DNA of 64,000 bases, from the NCBI GenBank assembly GCA_964016885.1, contig OZ024742.1:329096001-329160000 (forward strand), in the 5' to 3' direction. A model generated the notes under the pieces. The model saw only the letters and a program-made list of their open reading frames with translations. It searched no databases and had not been told where the DNA came from. This document shows positions 16,281 through 31,324 of the stretch, piece by piece; position 1 is the first letter of the stretch, and each line of letters starts with the position of its first letter. Made by a program: the position numbers and the translations under genes. Source of the stretch: Eledone cirrhosa (taxonomy: Eukaryota).

Positions 16281-16811
16281 TAAAATATTGAATTCTAGCA
16301 CGTTCTAGCACGCGGCCTGAATTCCTTTTAGAATTCATTGTCCTGCGCATGTATTGTTTTTTTGGCGGTAATATCATTTTTGAATCAGTTTGAGTATTTC
16401 TTTGAAACTGCTGCAGTAGCAACCTAACAGATACCCCAGGCACTGTTGGTGAATATCGCTAAATACTGATATTGGTTAGATTATCAATATTAGTATTATT
16501 GGGCACCCACTGATGAATTATAAGAGCCCACTTGAATATTATATGTTGATCGTATACACACTCCTACATAAATTGGTATAATTTCACTCAAATTGTAGGA
16601 ATCTTATAATGAAACGAGACGTCCGTCTGGGAAGACGATATGTCTTATATGAAATAATACAGCCAATTTTCCACACAATACATTTAGTTAACACCACGAA
16701 CGTTTAATTATAATATACTCACTAGTTTCTAATGTTTGTTGAGTGAGTTGGAATTTGGCCGGAGTATCGCAAAAAGCTTTCTCCCTTAATGCATTTATAT
16801 ATATGTATATA

Positions 16812-16975
16812 TATTGAAGTTTCCGTTGAAAATTGAAAAAGTCAGAGGAATGAAGAATGCTATATGTAAGTTACAGATCTAAATTAAATATATATATATA
16901 TAATTTAGCTCTGTAACTTACATAGAGCACTCTTCATTCCACTCACTTTTTCAATTTTCAGCGGAAACTGCAATA
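16812..16975. repeat. Diverged foldback with ~70-bp arms and a (TA)n apex
   Basis: gtttccgttgaaaattgaaaaagt.. pairs with ..actttttcaattttcagcggaaac; no HHR seen. Confidence 0.75.
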
Positions 16976-17005
16976 CTTATATATTTTATATATATATTTT
17001 ATATA

Positions 17006-17068
<63 letters not shown>

Positions 17069-17228
17069 TCATATATATATTTTATATATATATTTAGCGT
17101 TGTCTATTCTTGTTTCCTATAGCGTCTCATGAAAGCTACACTAGCAACAGAAGTCTGTGATTATGTAATAATTAATTATTACAAATTCCGTCGTCCCAGA
17201 GAGTGGAATAAAACATGGGTGTGTAAAT

Positions 17229-17265
<37 letters not shown>

Positions 17266-17455
17266 ACCAAAGATTAATATGGATCATTGATTACTCAGTG
17301 AATCTAGTTTTACAATAGATTAAAAGCACTCTACTGTCAGTTTTTTGGAGTTATTAATATTCAAAATATTAATAAATGAAGACATTCACATAATCAAAAT
17401 ATATGTTTTATTATATATATTTCGAAGGTACTGAGGTGTTTTTTCGGTACATGTA

Positions 17456-17517
17456 TTTTATCTGACGAGGACGTACTGAAAAAACACCTCAGTACCTTCT
17501 AAATATATATAATAAAA
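17456..17517 (+). ncRNA. Hammerhead with a G12 mutation, in foldback 17355-17568
   Basis: TTTTAT CTGACGA GGAcGTACTGA..TCAGTACcTTC (T)AAA TATATA TA^ATAAAA; the inverted arm keeps GAAA. Confidence 0.7.
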
Positions 17518-17562
17518 CATATATTTTGATTATGTGAATGTCTTCATTTATTAATATTTTGC

Positions 17563-17598
<36 letters not shown>

Positions 17599-20500
17599 TT
17601 GATACATTCTCTGGTTTCATTCACTTTACTACAGCCATGCTTCCGAAGTCTCGCACTTATATTATTGAACACATTTATAACTAAGTTGTAACACATACAA
17701 ACAACGAGCTTCCAAACTGCTCATGTCTTCCTGTCGCCCACGAGGCTATATTAGAGGGTCCTCCTACTAAAATTACTTCACTCCCAGACTTGTATATAGC
17801 AAGAATAATAACCGAAAAGGTGAAATGTTTATATTTAATAGCTGAGGGCATGAGTATTTTTGCATTAAAAAAGAAAGCAATAATTATGAAAGTGGAAGAG
17901 TGAATAGAGTGTTAGTCTCTACATGGCAGTCTAGGTGGTATTTATCAGTTGCACATAGGAGAAAAAATGGCGAAAGTATTACGGCAAGAGACGCATGTAT
18001 ATATAATACTTTTAACAAAGTATTTGAAATTTTGATCTGAGTTTAGAGTCCGCAATTACAGAGCTATATATTTAAGATATAGAAATATCGAGAGTGAATG
18101 GGATCACAGGGAACGAGATAGAAAAGGATCGGTATTGTAAAAAATGGGTCCATTATTTATGATGGATGTATAATGTGTTATCCCTCATATTTTCGTTTTT
18201 GCATGAGTCAGTGTCTAGGTATTTAGCTCAATAAACTATCTTTAAAATGTACGCTCCCTTCTCAGAATTGTGTACCTCTTTCCACTCAAAGAAAATAATT
18301 TCAGCTTACAGTTTGGCAAGCTGCTGAATCTAGATTTTCACTTTTCTTCCTCGGAACAAACTAAGTTTGCATTTTTTTTTAACATTGTTCGACGCCAAAT
18401 CATGTAATAGGTTATAACACCATAATACCATTTACACAACGTTTTCTATTTCCACAATGCTGTTCCGCGAGGAAAGGATTATATATTTAATTCAATTATG
18501 CAATTTGTATAAAACTGTGATCCTTTGAGTTCCAGTGATGTGTCTCTCTAAGTTGTGTGCCCTAGGCGGCTGCGTAGATCGTTATAATTCTAGTGCCTTC
18601 TCTGAGCTTACCCAGTAGTAGTGGTGGAACGTAATCGATTGAATCAAAACAGTACAAAACTGGTACTTTCATATTATATCAGCTCCGTGTGTGGTTCATA
18701 AACAACACAATTTTCTACAGTAATCGACCTTAATAATAACATCTTGTTACCAAGTGCAATTTGCCATTTTTGCTTGTGTTCGTTTAACTTAGTTTTATTC
18801 ATTTACTGGCTTCAGCCATTGGACTGCAGTCATGCTGCTGAACCTCTTGATGGGGTTTAGTCGATCACATTACATATTTGTTAACACTCTTTTTGTCGTA
18901 CCACAAATATACAAGCATTCATACAGACAATGAGATCCCTACATTTTTTTCCACCAAATTCTCCTCATAGAGGTTTGGTCAAACCCACACTAAATTACCA
19001 GATACTTGTTGAAAGTAACACAGTGTGGCTGAACCCGAAACCACGTGATTGCGAAGCAAATACGTTAACTACACAGCTATGCCTCAGCCTATTGTGGATA
19101 TTTCATCAACTGAGACAGCGGATGTGCCTTTAATGTTCTAAATTGCATCGTCGAAAATGGTTATGGATTCAGTTAGTATTAACCTGCCTAAAGCAAAAGT
19201 CTAATTCAAGTAATTATGCAGTGAAGCAAAAACAACATTAATTCAATTACGAATATTATTTTAATCTTTTTGACGAGTAAAGAATACAACTCCAGGTTTC
19301 TTGGGGTCTTGCGGGACCTCATTAACTAATCATAGAATTCACCGTATATGGCGAATCGATGACGTGGAAACCATAACGTTGAAGTACAATATACTGCACA
19401 ACTCCATTTGAATATTAGCATATGAAAAGAAAATGTAAATTACTGCATTTAATTTCTCATTGACACTATCAACATGAAAATAAACAAAGAGTTTAGTCTT
19501 TGTCAACATATTTAATGCAGTTAGCAAACTAAATTTCTCTGTCATAGTTAATTAGTTTAATGTTCTCTGTTGAATATGTTGTGATAGTTTTCAATTTTAG
19601 TTTGAATCAAGGGCGACCATTTAGCACAATCAGTACACATCACCACCAATATAATTTTACTCAGAATTTAAAGGGAGACAATCATATGCTGCAAAACGCG
19701 TGTCCCACGCGCTACCAATCCGGCCAATCTTCCACCCTTATTAATGGTTACTGATATAGGCACCAGATCAGCAATTATCGGAGTGGGGGGAATGTCGAAT
19801 AAATCGAACCCAGTTCGTTACTGATACTTAAGTTTATCGACCCCGTATGGATGAAAGGCAAAGCTAACCTCGGAGGTGATTTGAAGAACTTAGAAAGTAA
19901 AGTGCCGTAAATCTATGCCATATAGCATGTTGTTTGACGATCTACCGTAAATGGAGGACAATGACCAACGATATTATCAATTCTTATCGTCTTTCATATT
20001 CTTATGCAAGTGCATGCACGAATTTGTTGGTCAGTGTTTGCCTAGGGATTAGTGACTAAAATGTTCGTTTCTCGATCATAAGGCCATGAGTTAGGTTCTT
20101 GGTGCCAAGCTGTGTCCTTGAGCAATATATTTTATTTCTCAATGCTCCAGTTATTTGATATACGAAAAATAATTCTACATGGTAATCAAAGAGCACGCCT
20201 TTTGACACACTGTGTCACGCTGAATTTCCCTCAGAAATAAGTTAGAGGTGTATGGGATTGCGGAATGCTCAGCCACGTGAACGATAATTTTACTATTATG
20301 CTATTCCCTTGATCAAATATATGAAACACTGTCACCGGAACCGAGCGAGGTCCAATGCACACGCACAGTCATAGGCGTGGTTCACATATTCATGTATGTA
20401 TCAGTTTGGAAGTAAGTTAATATCAATATATATGTTTTCTTTTGTTTGAAAAAAATGGTAATGAACACAGATGTACATGATATGCGATCATTGGAATGAA

Positions 20501-20841
20501 ATGAGCATTAAACGATTAAGAAGGATTGTCAATTACTCCACATTTGAAGGAAACCAGATTAAGGATGATTTATGAGGACACTGATTGACCTTGGGAAAAA
20601 CGTAGCTTAATAGTTAGGGTGCAATCTTACGATTATAAAGTCGTGAATTCGATCCTCGGGATGGCTGGTGCATTGCGTTCTTGAGTAAGTCCTTTTAATT
20701 CACGTTGTTCCTCTCCACGCAATTGTGATGACACTGGTTCTGAAGCTGCATCGAACTTTAACTTTCCTTTGGAGAACATCAGTGTACACACATATCTCTG
20801 TATGTCTGTCTGTCTGTATCTCCCTCTCCCTCTCTCTCTCC

Positions 20842-20936
<95 letters not shown>

Positions 20937-22647
20937 ATTAATTGATGGATTTGGTTTTACGTTTATCTCTTTGTTTAGACAAATGCTATGTAAGGAAGGC
21001 CTACTCTTTAAATTAATGATTATTCCTCTGATACTCATACTCTCCCCGCAACTGTTCTCAGTACGCTTCAAGATAACACATGTGACAAGGCCTTTTAATT
21101 ACTGGTTCAGCCAAACCGAAATTGTTCTGAAGTGTCCGCCTTCGCAATGTAACTTACAAAGCTACTCGATGCTGAAATATTCAATAAACTGATGAATGGG
21201 TTCTGATCCCAAATCTCATAACTGCGAAGCGAACTTCTTAAATATTCAATCATACTGCGTGTATAAATCCGTAAAAACAGACCCTTCCATTTTGAGATGC
21301 TACATCTGTTGGATAGAGAGCAAAGCTGTCCAGTAAATATTTGATCTCAAATCGAAGATCGATGGGATGAAATGGTGCTACACAAACAATTATTAGTTCA
21401 TAACTATTTATGTTTTCCTTTTCTGGATTTTCATTCGAAACGTTAAACATTTCTGTTAAATTATTAACTCGGCTCCCTTCAATCATACTGACTATAAATT
21501 TCCTCTCCAATGAATAATTATCCTAACTCATAGTTAATTATCCTAATTCATATATGCATAATAAATAAATTATATATAATACTGTCAAAAGAAACGCATA
21601 AGATCCATGTAGCTTGGCTCCAGTAACATCGCCATTCATATACAATATACATACACTATATATGCAATATATGTGAGGTTATCAAGGGAAATAAAAATAC
21701 CGGAAAAGCTTGACACCCGTGTTGTTACAGCTTTTTTCAACAACTGAGTGGACCGGAGCCACGAGCTGTCTGAGATTTGAACTCATCATTATAAGCAATC
21801 GTGTCAACGAATTATTATAGCGCCTCTAAATAGAATATATTCAACTTAGTAATATATCGAATGACAAAGTTAATACAGATATATCCAGTAAACAATTGAT
21901 CACAAATTAAGACAAACTAATTGGAAAGGTGTGAACTATGGAGACAAATCAGTGAACCAATGTTGTCCAAGTTAATACCCGGGTATTTAACGACCCATCC
22001 TTCCAAATAAAATAATTTCAATATCCAGATTGGAAAACACACAATCATAAATTATGACATTCTTGATCTTGCCACACCATTTCTACTATATAATCAACAT
22101 TCACCTACACCAAATCATGTTAGAGGCCACAGCGTCATATAACCCTCTCTTCAGCTTTTGGTAAATCTATAATGCCGCTAGCTGGCAACGATGCATAGTG
22201 AGGGATTTATAGATCTCAGAAAATTTATATATATTTATTTTAATCCTACAAATTTATATGAAGCAGGGAATCCGTTAAGTTCAGGTAATGCGAGTCACCG
22301 AGGTCTACATTCTAGGCGGTTGTATTTATGGTTGCATTTAATGGTAGCGTCAGACCTAAATGTCAACAGCTTACTGCTCTGTCCTTGACAATAAAATAAA
22401 AATACATGTCACAGCATGAAGTTAAATAGAAACTTAAGAATGTCCGCTTTATTAATGTTAGCAGATGTTATTAATTAGATGCAGAATGCTAATTGATTCA
22501 CACTAATTCAATGTTATTTTTGTTGGTGTAATACTGTGAACATAGCCGCCCACAAAAATATGCATAATAAAGAAATATAGAGACATACATGTATACACTA
22601 TATATACAACAAAAACACATGCATATAAATATACGTGTGTGTATGTA

Positions 22648-22733
<86 letters not shown>

Positions 22734-22751
22734 CGTGTGTGTGTGCGTGTG

Positions 22752-22833
<82 letters not shown>

Positions 22834-22843
22834 TGTGTGTATG

Positions 22844-22874
<31 letters not shown>

Positions 22875-23713
22875 ATGTCTATATATATATATGTGTGTGT
22901 GTATGTGTATATATATGCGTGTGTATGTATATATATATGTGTGTGTATCTATATATATATGTATGTGTGTATCTATATATATATATGTGTGTGTATCTAT
23001 ATATATATATGTGTGTGTATCTATATATATATATGTGTGTGTATATATATATATGTGTACTTTTGTGTATGATGTCTATGTGCACATGTCTCTATACAAT
23101 ACACACATGCACGCATACACACGCACGTGTGTGAACGCGTCGGCATGGAATGAACAAAATGATGGTGACACCTAGTAATAGGCGTTAAATTCTCCTTCCA
23201 ATTACATCCCAATATCTTAAGAGACTTAACGGGTTGGAGCTTATCTCATTTTCATTGGTGTTAAGCGACAGATTAAAAGACTCCAGTCTGGACGGAAGGC
23301 CTGTCTATTGTAGTTTGTTTACACCATTGCTGCTGCAACTACATAATCTTTTTAACAGAATGAAGTATCTTAATATTTTATTTCGTGGTTATTCGTTGTC
23401 ATCGGTTTTCAAATATTCTCCGTATGATGAGTTGTTCAGAAGGGATGGAGATGTCATTTTATTATTTCTTGCTCTACAGGTGGCTGGATAATCAGATTTA
23501 TTAAAGAATAAAAGTGGATGAAATCTAAAAAAAAATCTGCCAAGTACTGGCGTCGATTTAATCAATTAATTAATACATTAACCTCACAAATCTGATTCTC
23601 TGTCGATTTAAAATATTAATAATAAATGTTGTTGTTTCCTTAGTTTTTTTTTTTGTTTTATGCAGTTGATGTTGATTTATATATTTAAATTTTCCACTAT
23701 TTTTCTTTAACAG

Positions 23714-24332
23714 GAACCAAATGCCAGTGACAATTAAGGGACAGATAACCATGGAAAAAACACCAAGTTACTTCATCACACGAGATGTTCCACGTCGAAT
23801 CCACAGTATGTCAAAAGATGTGAAATTGATCGTTGTTGTACGTGATCCTGTCACCCGTGCTATCTCTGATTATACACAAACTATGACCAAAAGACACATG
23901 TTACGCCAGTTCGAACAAATGGCATTTGTCAATAACAACACACGGATTGTGGACACATCGTGGGGAGCTATCCGAATAGGTGTATATGCTAAGCATCTTC
24001 AGTCTTGGTTGAAGTATTTCCCACTAGAACAAATGCATTTTGTTAGCGGCGAGAAATTAATTTCAGATCCTGCCGGAGAAATGACATTATTACAAGATTT
24101 TCTCGGACTTAAACGGGTCATTAATGAAAAACACTTTTTCTTTAACGAAACAAAAGGTTTTCCTTGTTTGAAGAAAATAGAAGGCAGTGGTCACCCGCAC
24201 TGTTTAGGTAAAACTAAGGGTCGCCAGCATCCAGCAATAGACCCACGTGTAATTCAAAGATTGAGGGACTTTTATCGGCCATTTAACACAAAATTTTATA
24301 GTATGGCAAAACGGAATTTTGAGTGGCCCTGA
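23714..24332 (+). CDS. HS3ST: Heparan sulfate glucosamine 3-O-sulfotransferase, terminal coding exon (HS3ST2/3/4/6- or Hs3st-B-like)
   Basis: Translation has [26 protein letters not shown] (3'-PAPS-binding), KGFPC and [13 protein letters not shown] polypyrimidine tract and AG acceptor (ttttctttaacag|G) lie at 23713; the phase-2 junction matches the conserved WYR intron of two-exon HS3ST genes. Stop TGA is at 24330-24332. The 5'-PSB exon (IGVKKGGT) was not seen in the window. Confidence 0.95.
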
Positions 24333-24477
24333 TAGAGGTACATTATTTTGGGCTAGAGCTGAGGAGGGTAAAACATATTATGCTTGAACATCCCATTGAA
24401 ATTAATTGATATGAAATGAGGTCACATTCTGGGAAAAAATATTATCTCGCTAAACCACAGTTAATATTACATATGTG

Positions 24478-24483
24478 AATAAA
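24478..24483 (+). promoter_or_regulatory. Candidate polyadenylation signal for HS3ST
   Basis: AATAAA about 145 nt after the stop codon; further AATAAA hexamers follow, so it is not unique. Confidence 0.3.
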
Positions 24484-27400
24484 GAATCGGGTATTCTACG
24501 AGTCATAACTAGTTGAATATATAAACACTAAATGAAATGAATTCAGAAAAAAATATACTCTAAACTGAAGGGTTGCCCTCGTAAGTTGAGCTTCTTTCAG
24601 AAGGCTGCAGGTTCTCCTCTCTTGTGCTAGAATGTGTTTCCTCAATATTTCTGATTTGTGGAGAATAAATGAATTTATGGCCAATATTTAATTTTATGAT
24701 CGTAGGCTATCACCCTGATGTACAGATGAAATTGTAGCGATGATTATGAATTTCCAGATTAATATATTGAGCATTTAAAGAGTATTTTGTTAAACATAAA
24801 TTGTTTCATTGAAATTGCGATGGTGCTTGTAAATAAACATACATTGATACATACATGCACTCATACAAATACGCACACTTACACACGCAATCATAAAGTG
24901 AAATATATGGACGTTCGTTTTAATCACCCATATATGTACATGTAGTTATACATACGTACCTGCATTCATACATACACAAATACATAGCAAATGCGTATTT
25001 TCGCCGGCTATGTGGGCGGGAGCAAGGTGAAATAAATTATTTTACTAAAAGACACAACGCGGTGCCGGAAATTGAGCACACGGTAAAAAGCTTAACCACA
25101 AAGCAAGCACCTTCACACGTCCACATATACACAGTCAAATGCACACAAACATTCTTATAATTTCGCGTGTATGTATAACCGTCCAACTTTCATATAAATC
25201 AGATGGCAATAGAGAGTGTTTATGGTATGTTTGCGTCCAGTATATATTCTATTATATATTCTTTGAATTTTATCCATATTGGATAACGATACGAGAAAAA
25301 GAAACGAAAAAAGCATATTTGCATATCTTTTAATTTAATTCGATGGCGCGTATAATGTAATGTAACGTTTTCGGAGAGGATAACATTATAAGGGAAGAGG
25401 TGCAAAACATGAATAGGAAAAAATAAATAAAAATAAAATAAATAAAATAAATAAATAAATAAATAATAAAAAAAGAGAATTTATATTGGTTTTAGATAAA
25501 GCATGAATGGCATATGAAAACTGTACCTTTAACGTTAACATCTCTACAGAAACAGCAACAACGCCTGTAATAATAACAACAAAGTCGACACCAAGTCTAA
25601 AACATCAACACCATTACCTCCAACAACAGTCTGAAGTACTACTAGTAGTAGTACAACAGCCAAACTTTACTTGATAGTTCTATGTATTAGTAATAACTTT
25701 AAAATTAGCCTAAAATCACACCATTAAATATAATACACACATCCCCTACTCAACACATAAACCAAGGAATATTTCGGAAGAGCGTCGTACAAAATACCCT
25801 ACAGTGTTTGTTCCACATTTGTGCATAGCTAGTTCAAATGCGGTTGGGGTCTATTTTGGATTTTATCTTTGAGGAGTCGATACAATAATGTATTAGGCCA
25901 GCGCAGTGGATGTGTGAAATTGCTAGAACGTCTGACACAATATTTTGTAGTATTTGTCACGGTTCATTACGTTTTGCCGAATCATGTGTGCTGAATTTTT
26001 TAATATGAAGCTGACCTTGTTCAAAATATCCGAAAAAAGCATTAGTTGGCGTTTTTTGTTTTTTTTATATGATTCCAAGAATACTATGACAAGTTCTTAC
26101 CTCTTTATTATAGAGGCGTTATTAGCTACGTGTAAACTAGAAATATTTTAATATATAGATGATAAATTGAGTTTCGTAGTTTATTCTTAACTTCACACAT
26201 TTTAGCTTTGAAATCATCGTGCATATTATATCCACACACTCATATATATGGATCTAAAAATGTTGGTTAAAACACAATTAGTCAGAGGCGAAGAGAAAAT
26301 ACTCAATACAGGACGTCTGTAATGCAGAGTGTTATTTTCGTTTAAATCTCGATATAGTATTAAGCAAATGCAATATAGTTACTGTTGGTAATATTAATGA
26401 TAATTTTAAAGTTAGGTGCAAGGTCAGCCGTATGGGAGCGGAGGACACTCAGTTACATTAACCTGGGTGGGGTGGAGGGTTAGAAAAAGCAATTCATCAG
26501 CAGGATTTCAACTCACAAAAATGTCGCATCGCATTTTGTCAGACGTTTTAATGATTCAACCAATCCACTGCCCTATTTATTCATATTAATAATTCTTCTG
26601 ATATAGAGAGAAATTAATTTTTGCATTTTATTCGAATTAGAGGAAGTGACTTAGTTGATTAATCGACAAAAGTTTGTAACATGTGTACAAGTTTTAAAAT
26701 ATTTAAGTTAAAGTATAAATAATATAATTACTTGACAGGTATCTATTTCATGGATCCTCATAATATTAATAGAAAAAGTTGTCTCTAACGGATTTGAACA
26801 CAGGATACAAGATTTATATATTTAAATTCCTCTAGGCATTTTGCCTGTCACTCCACCGCCCTGTCTTATCAGAGACGTTACATAATAATTATTTGAAGAA
26901 ATACCACCAAGCAATACGTAAATAATTATTTGTTGTTAATAATGTTTTTAAGAACTTTTTTAAAGATATTTTTTTGTTTGTTTAATAACCAAACTGGTAC
27001 TGGTTGTCCTTCACACCGGATTTTATCCGTGGCAAATTAATCTGAGGTACCTTAAATTGTATTATATTTGGTACGATTAAACTTTTACCTACAAATAACT
27101 GTTGTTACTTTCCTGGGTTTTTTTTTTGGGGGGGGGGGATTGTTGTTACATCAATAGGGAATAAATATGCATGTTTTTCACTTTTTCTCACTTTCAATGT
27201 TATTTCTACCATCCATCTTCATGGTGGCAAAGTTGTAAAGAAGTTTCCGTAAGCATTCAGACCTTGAATCGTAATAATTCTTTGCAGATTTTGCAGATTT
27301 TGAAGGTTTAACATATCGTGGCAGTGGGTAGATTATCGATTAAGGATTCATTTTCAGACATACTTCATTCCAGGTGAGTTGGTATATATCTTGTACCTCG

Positions 27401-28381
27401 AACTATATTACGTACAAATCTATAAACGTATCATCAATTGGACGTAAATATCCCCCTTCACCGTCATTTCTTTATTATATCAAATGGGCAATTAATTTTT
27501 TTAATAGAGCCTAGTTTCCAAATCGGGACCAAAATGAATGTTTATATGAAGTGTATGAGAGACGAAAGACAGATGTGTGGAAAGAAAAAAAAAAGTTCAA
27601 AGCGGGACTAACTGTATTGCATAGGATTTATAACTGAGCTACAGGAATTTGCGAATGTGGAGATTTGATGGTCTAATTGAAACGAGCTTGAGATTCCAGT
27701 AACGCAAAGAATACCTGAAAAGTAATCGTACCAAGAAACTGAAAGAGTCAGGAAGAAGTACAGACAGGATGTAATGAGAAATACCATTTAATTCAATCAA
27801 GAATTTCATTCTAATTGTCACTAGTAGTGACACTAATTTGACACACGCTTTCAATATTTCTCCTGAAAATTCAAGTTCGAGATTTGAATCAGAGGAAAGT
27901 CCTCAAGATTTTCCTGAGTTTTTAGTGACATGTTTTTTTATTATTTTCACGACGATTTGTTTTATGCAGTTAAGTGAAATGTATCAAAAAGCAATTTTGT
28001 GCACCAGGAAATGCATTTGCAGATATTGTTACCTTTACGTTTATTCCAATAGCTCAACCAAAGACTGTTCAAAGTAATTGTCGTAAGAAGGATGGCTTAG
28101 ACTTTGATAGCAGAGGGAAGTTTCAAGCTACGCACCTCTGGCTTATGGGTCTAATATATTTCCAGGGCTCCACTCTCTCGGACTAACAAATAATGGTGGA
28201 ATAAAACAAATCAGGTGAGACGAACTAATAAAACCATCTATCTCCCTCATCGACCACCCCTAGCCAATTCTGTAAGAAATGGGGATTTCTCAATACTGAG
28301 TATATGTTGCACAGTAACTTGAATGATGCATATGAGACATACAATGACGCATACTTAAACAGCTAATAATAATTATAATAG

Positions 28382-28768
28382 TAATTGTTTCTACTTTGGG
28401 CTTAAGGCCTGCAATTATGCCAGTACATTACTGGTACTTTATTTTATCGACTCCGTAAGGAGGAAAGACAAAGCTAACATCGGTGAGATTTGAACTCAGA
28501 TCATAAGGGGCCGTAACTCTATGATGGAAAGCCTGGCGCCCGACCCTCTACCGATAGTGCCAATACAATAATAATGGCCAGCAAACTTTGGGGAGGGGAA
28601 AGTTAATTAAAGGGACCCCAGTACGTGACAGGTGCTTTATTTTATCGACCCCGTAAAGATGAAAGGCAGAGGTAACCTCAGCGGGATTTGAACTCAGATC
28701 ATAAAGGGCCGCAACTCTGTGCTGCAAAGCATGGCGGCCGACCCTCTACCGAAATTGCCAATCCAATA
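28382..28768 (-). mobile_element. SINE family 1, two tandem copies
   Basis: The core tttattttatcgaccccgtaa..gatttgaactcaga occurs twice. Confidence 0.8.
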
Positions 28769-29130
28769 ATAATAATAGTAATAATAATAAACATTATCTT
28801 ACTAGAAACAGGACTGGATATAGTACATGCAAAGCGGAGATGAAAGAAATATAAATAGACTTTCGACAAAATTGTTAGTGTAGAGCAGAGCAGACAAGCA
28901 TGTCAAGTTCCATTAACATGTATGTAATATATTTTCAGATATTCACTTCTTAGTAACAATACCGGTTTGTCTGTGCTCTTTGTTATTGATTCAACTCTAA
29001 CATTTGAAACGTCTGAGCTTTACGATATCTACTGAATCGTGCATCGAAGCGGAAAGAAGGAGAAATAGGATGCTAACTAGTTGCTTCCCGCTGGGCTAAA
29101 ATTAGCAGGCAAGACAGCATTTACACAGAC

Positions 29131-29177
<47 letters not shown>

Positions 29178-29465
29178 TATTTGTATAGCATTTTGAAAGG
29201 TCTTCTGTATAACATGCATATGTTATGTACAAATGTATTTTTCTATATAATGCTGCCTTTTACGTTGTGATATATTGTAAATGAATAGTAAACCGCCGGT
29301 TGAGTATAGTTCATGTCCCGTGGAAAAGTAATCGTCATGAACTTTACAACTCTTTCTTGTGTAACAAAAATAACTTTAAAAATGAAGTACTTTAAAACCA
29401 TGAGATGAGTAAAGATGTAGCAAAAAAAAACAAAAAAAAAAACAAGTTGATATATATATATATAA

Positions 29466-29542
<77 letters not shown>

Positions 29543-29629
29543 CATATATATATATACATATATATATATATACATACATATATATATATACATGTATATA
29601 TATATACATATATATATATACATATATAC

Positions 29630-29662
<33 letters not shown>

Positions 29663-29692
29663 CATATATACATATATATATATATATACATA

Positions 29693-29738
<46 letters not shown>

Positions 29739-29741
<3 letters not shown>

Positions 29742-29934
29742 GAAGGAAATATGGTACGGAACCAGATGGACCATAACGCACCAAAGTACTCAATAGTTAG
29801 GGTAGTAGAGTTGGTAATAGGAACGAGTTGGACTCCGACGGCTGAGCTCAAGCCATTTCGACGGCTAATTCTGAGTCCTATATATATAGGAACGAGTAGC
29901 ACCCCGACGGCTGAGCTCATACCCTTTCCCACGG

Positions 29935-29938
<4 letters not shown>
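29739..29938 (-). mobile_element. Family B terminus plus a partial tandem copy
   Basis: Homologous to 14243-14475; truncated within the same hairpin; flanked by (TA)n. Confidence 0.75.
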
Positions 29939-30018
<80 letters not shown>

Positions 30019-30265
30019 TAATAAAAATAAAAAAAATAAAAAAAGCCACATTCGATCGCATTACTGTTAGTTGTTATCGTGTGTGTGTGTATATATATAT
30101 GAATATGTATATTATTATTGTTGTTGTCGTTATTATTATTATTGCTATTATTATTATTATTATTATTATTATTTTTTATTTATTTATTTTTTTTATTTCA
30201 TTTTTTCTTCTCGTGCAATGGCCATACTCGATAACGAGGGGGCAGCCATCATGTATATATGTATG

Positions 30266-30324
<59 letters not shown>

Positions 30325-30494
30325 AAGTATATATCCCTACACGCAAAAAGCGTCTAGGGACACATGTATTGTCCAACCATATGCCAATGTGGTTCAATGG
30401 CAGGTTAATAAATTAACGAGCCAGAACATATATAATCAAGGTTTAGCAAATAAGAAAAAGATTCAAAATAAATTTTAAAATATTCCCTGTGGTT

Positions 30495-30582
30495 ACCTTT
30501 ACCGAATCGGTTTCGAGTCTCAAAAATAAATGGACAGTCCCTTGCGGCCTTCCATTGAAAAGATAAACTCTCGTCAGAAGGT
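30495..30582 (-). ncRNA. Type I hammerhead with extended stem II
   Basis: ACCTT CTGACGA GAGTTT[~44 nt]AGACTC GAAA CCG att CGG TA^AAGGT. A diverged inverted copy lies at 30923-31008 (+), within inverted repeat 30429-30668 / 30837-31082. Confidence 0.85.
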
Positions 30583-31098
30583 TCTTTTCACTCGGAGAAT
30601 TTAAAATACCCGAGTTCAAATTACGAACTGGCGCTATTCAAAATTGTTCCCGAGATGAGAATGAATGATAATATATATATTTGCGTGTAGGGATATTTAC
30701 TTTATTATTATTATACTCCTATTGGTCGAGAAAAAATTTGGTCGTTTTGACTGCTGCTATTTATAGTGGTAGTAGACTGACCTCCCTGCCTCTGCTTCTA
30801 TCTTTACACACGGCACTAGACAGAATTGCTTCCACCTCATTCATTCTCATCTCGGGAACAATTTTGAATAGCGCCAGTTCGTAATTTGAACTCGGGGATT
30901 TTATATTCTCCGAGTGAAAAGAAACTTCTGACGAGAGTTTATCTTTTCAAAGGAAGGGCGCTAGGACTGTCCATTTATTTTTGAGACTCGAAACGATTCT
31001 GTAAAGATAACCATAGTGAGTACAGTGAATTTTTAGAAATTTATTTTGAAACCCTTTCTTATTTGCTAAACCTTGATTATATATATATATATATATAT

Positions 31099-31315
31099 AA
31101 AGGTACGATCGACTTTCGTCAAATCGGACCGAAGTAACAATGTTTCCATTGGTCTTTCCAATTGCTAATATTATCTATCGGTCGGAACTCCAGGTAGAAG
31201 GAGCAACATGAAATAAAGTGTCTTGCTCAAGGACATAACGCATCGCCTGGTCCAGGAATCGAACTCACAACCTTACGATTGCGAATCCAATTGTCTAACC
31301 ACTCAGCCACACGCC
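31099..31315 (-). mobile_element. tRNA-derived SINE family 2
   Basis: A box TGGCTGAGTGG, B box GTTCGATTCC, then tgtccttgagcaagacacttta. Older relatives at ~440-600, 20040-20350 and 20595-20790. Confidence 0.8.
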
Positions 31316-31324
31316 TATATATAT

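Noticed and set aside
31240-31315. tRNA gene
   Set aside because: The A and B boxes belong to a SINE head; there is no complete cloverleaf and it continues into a repeated body.
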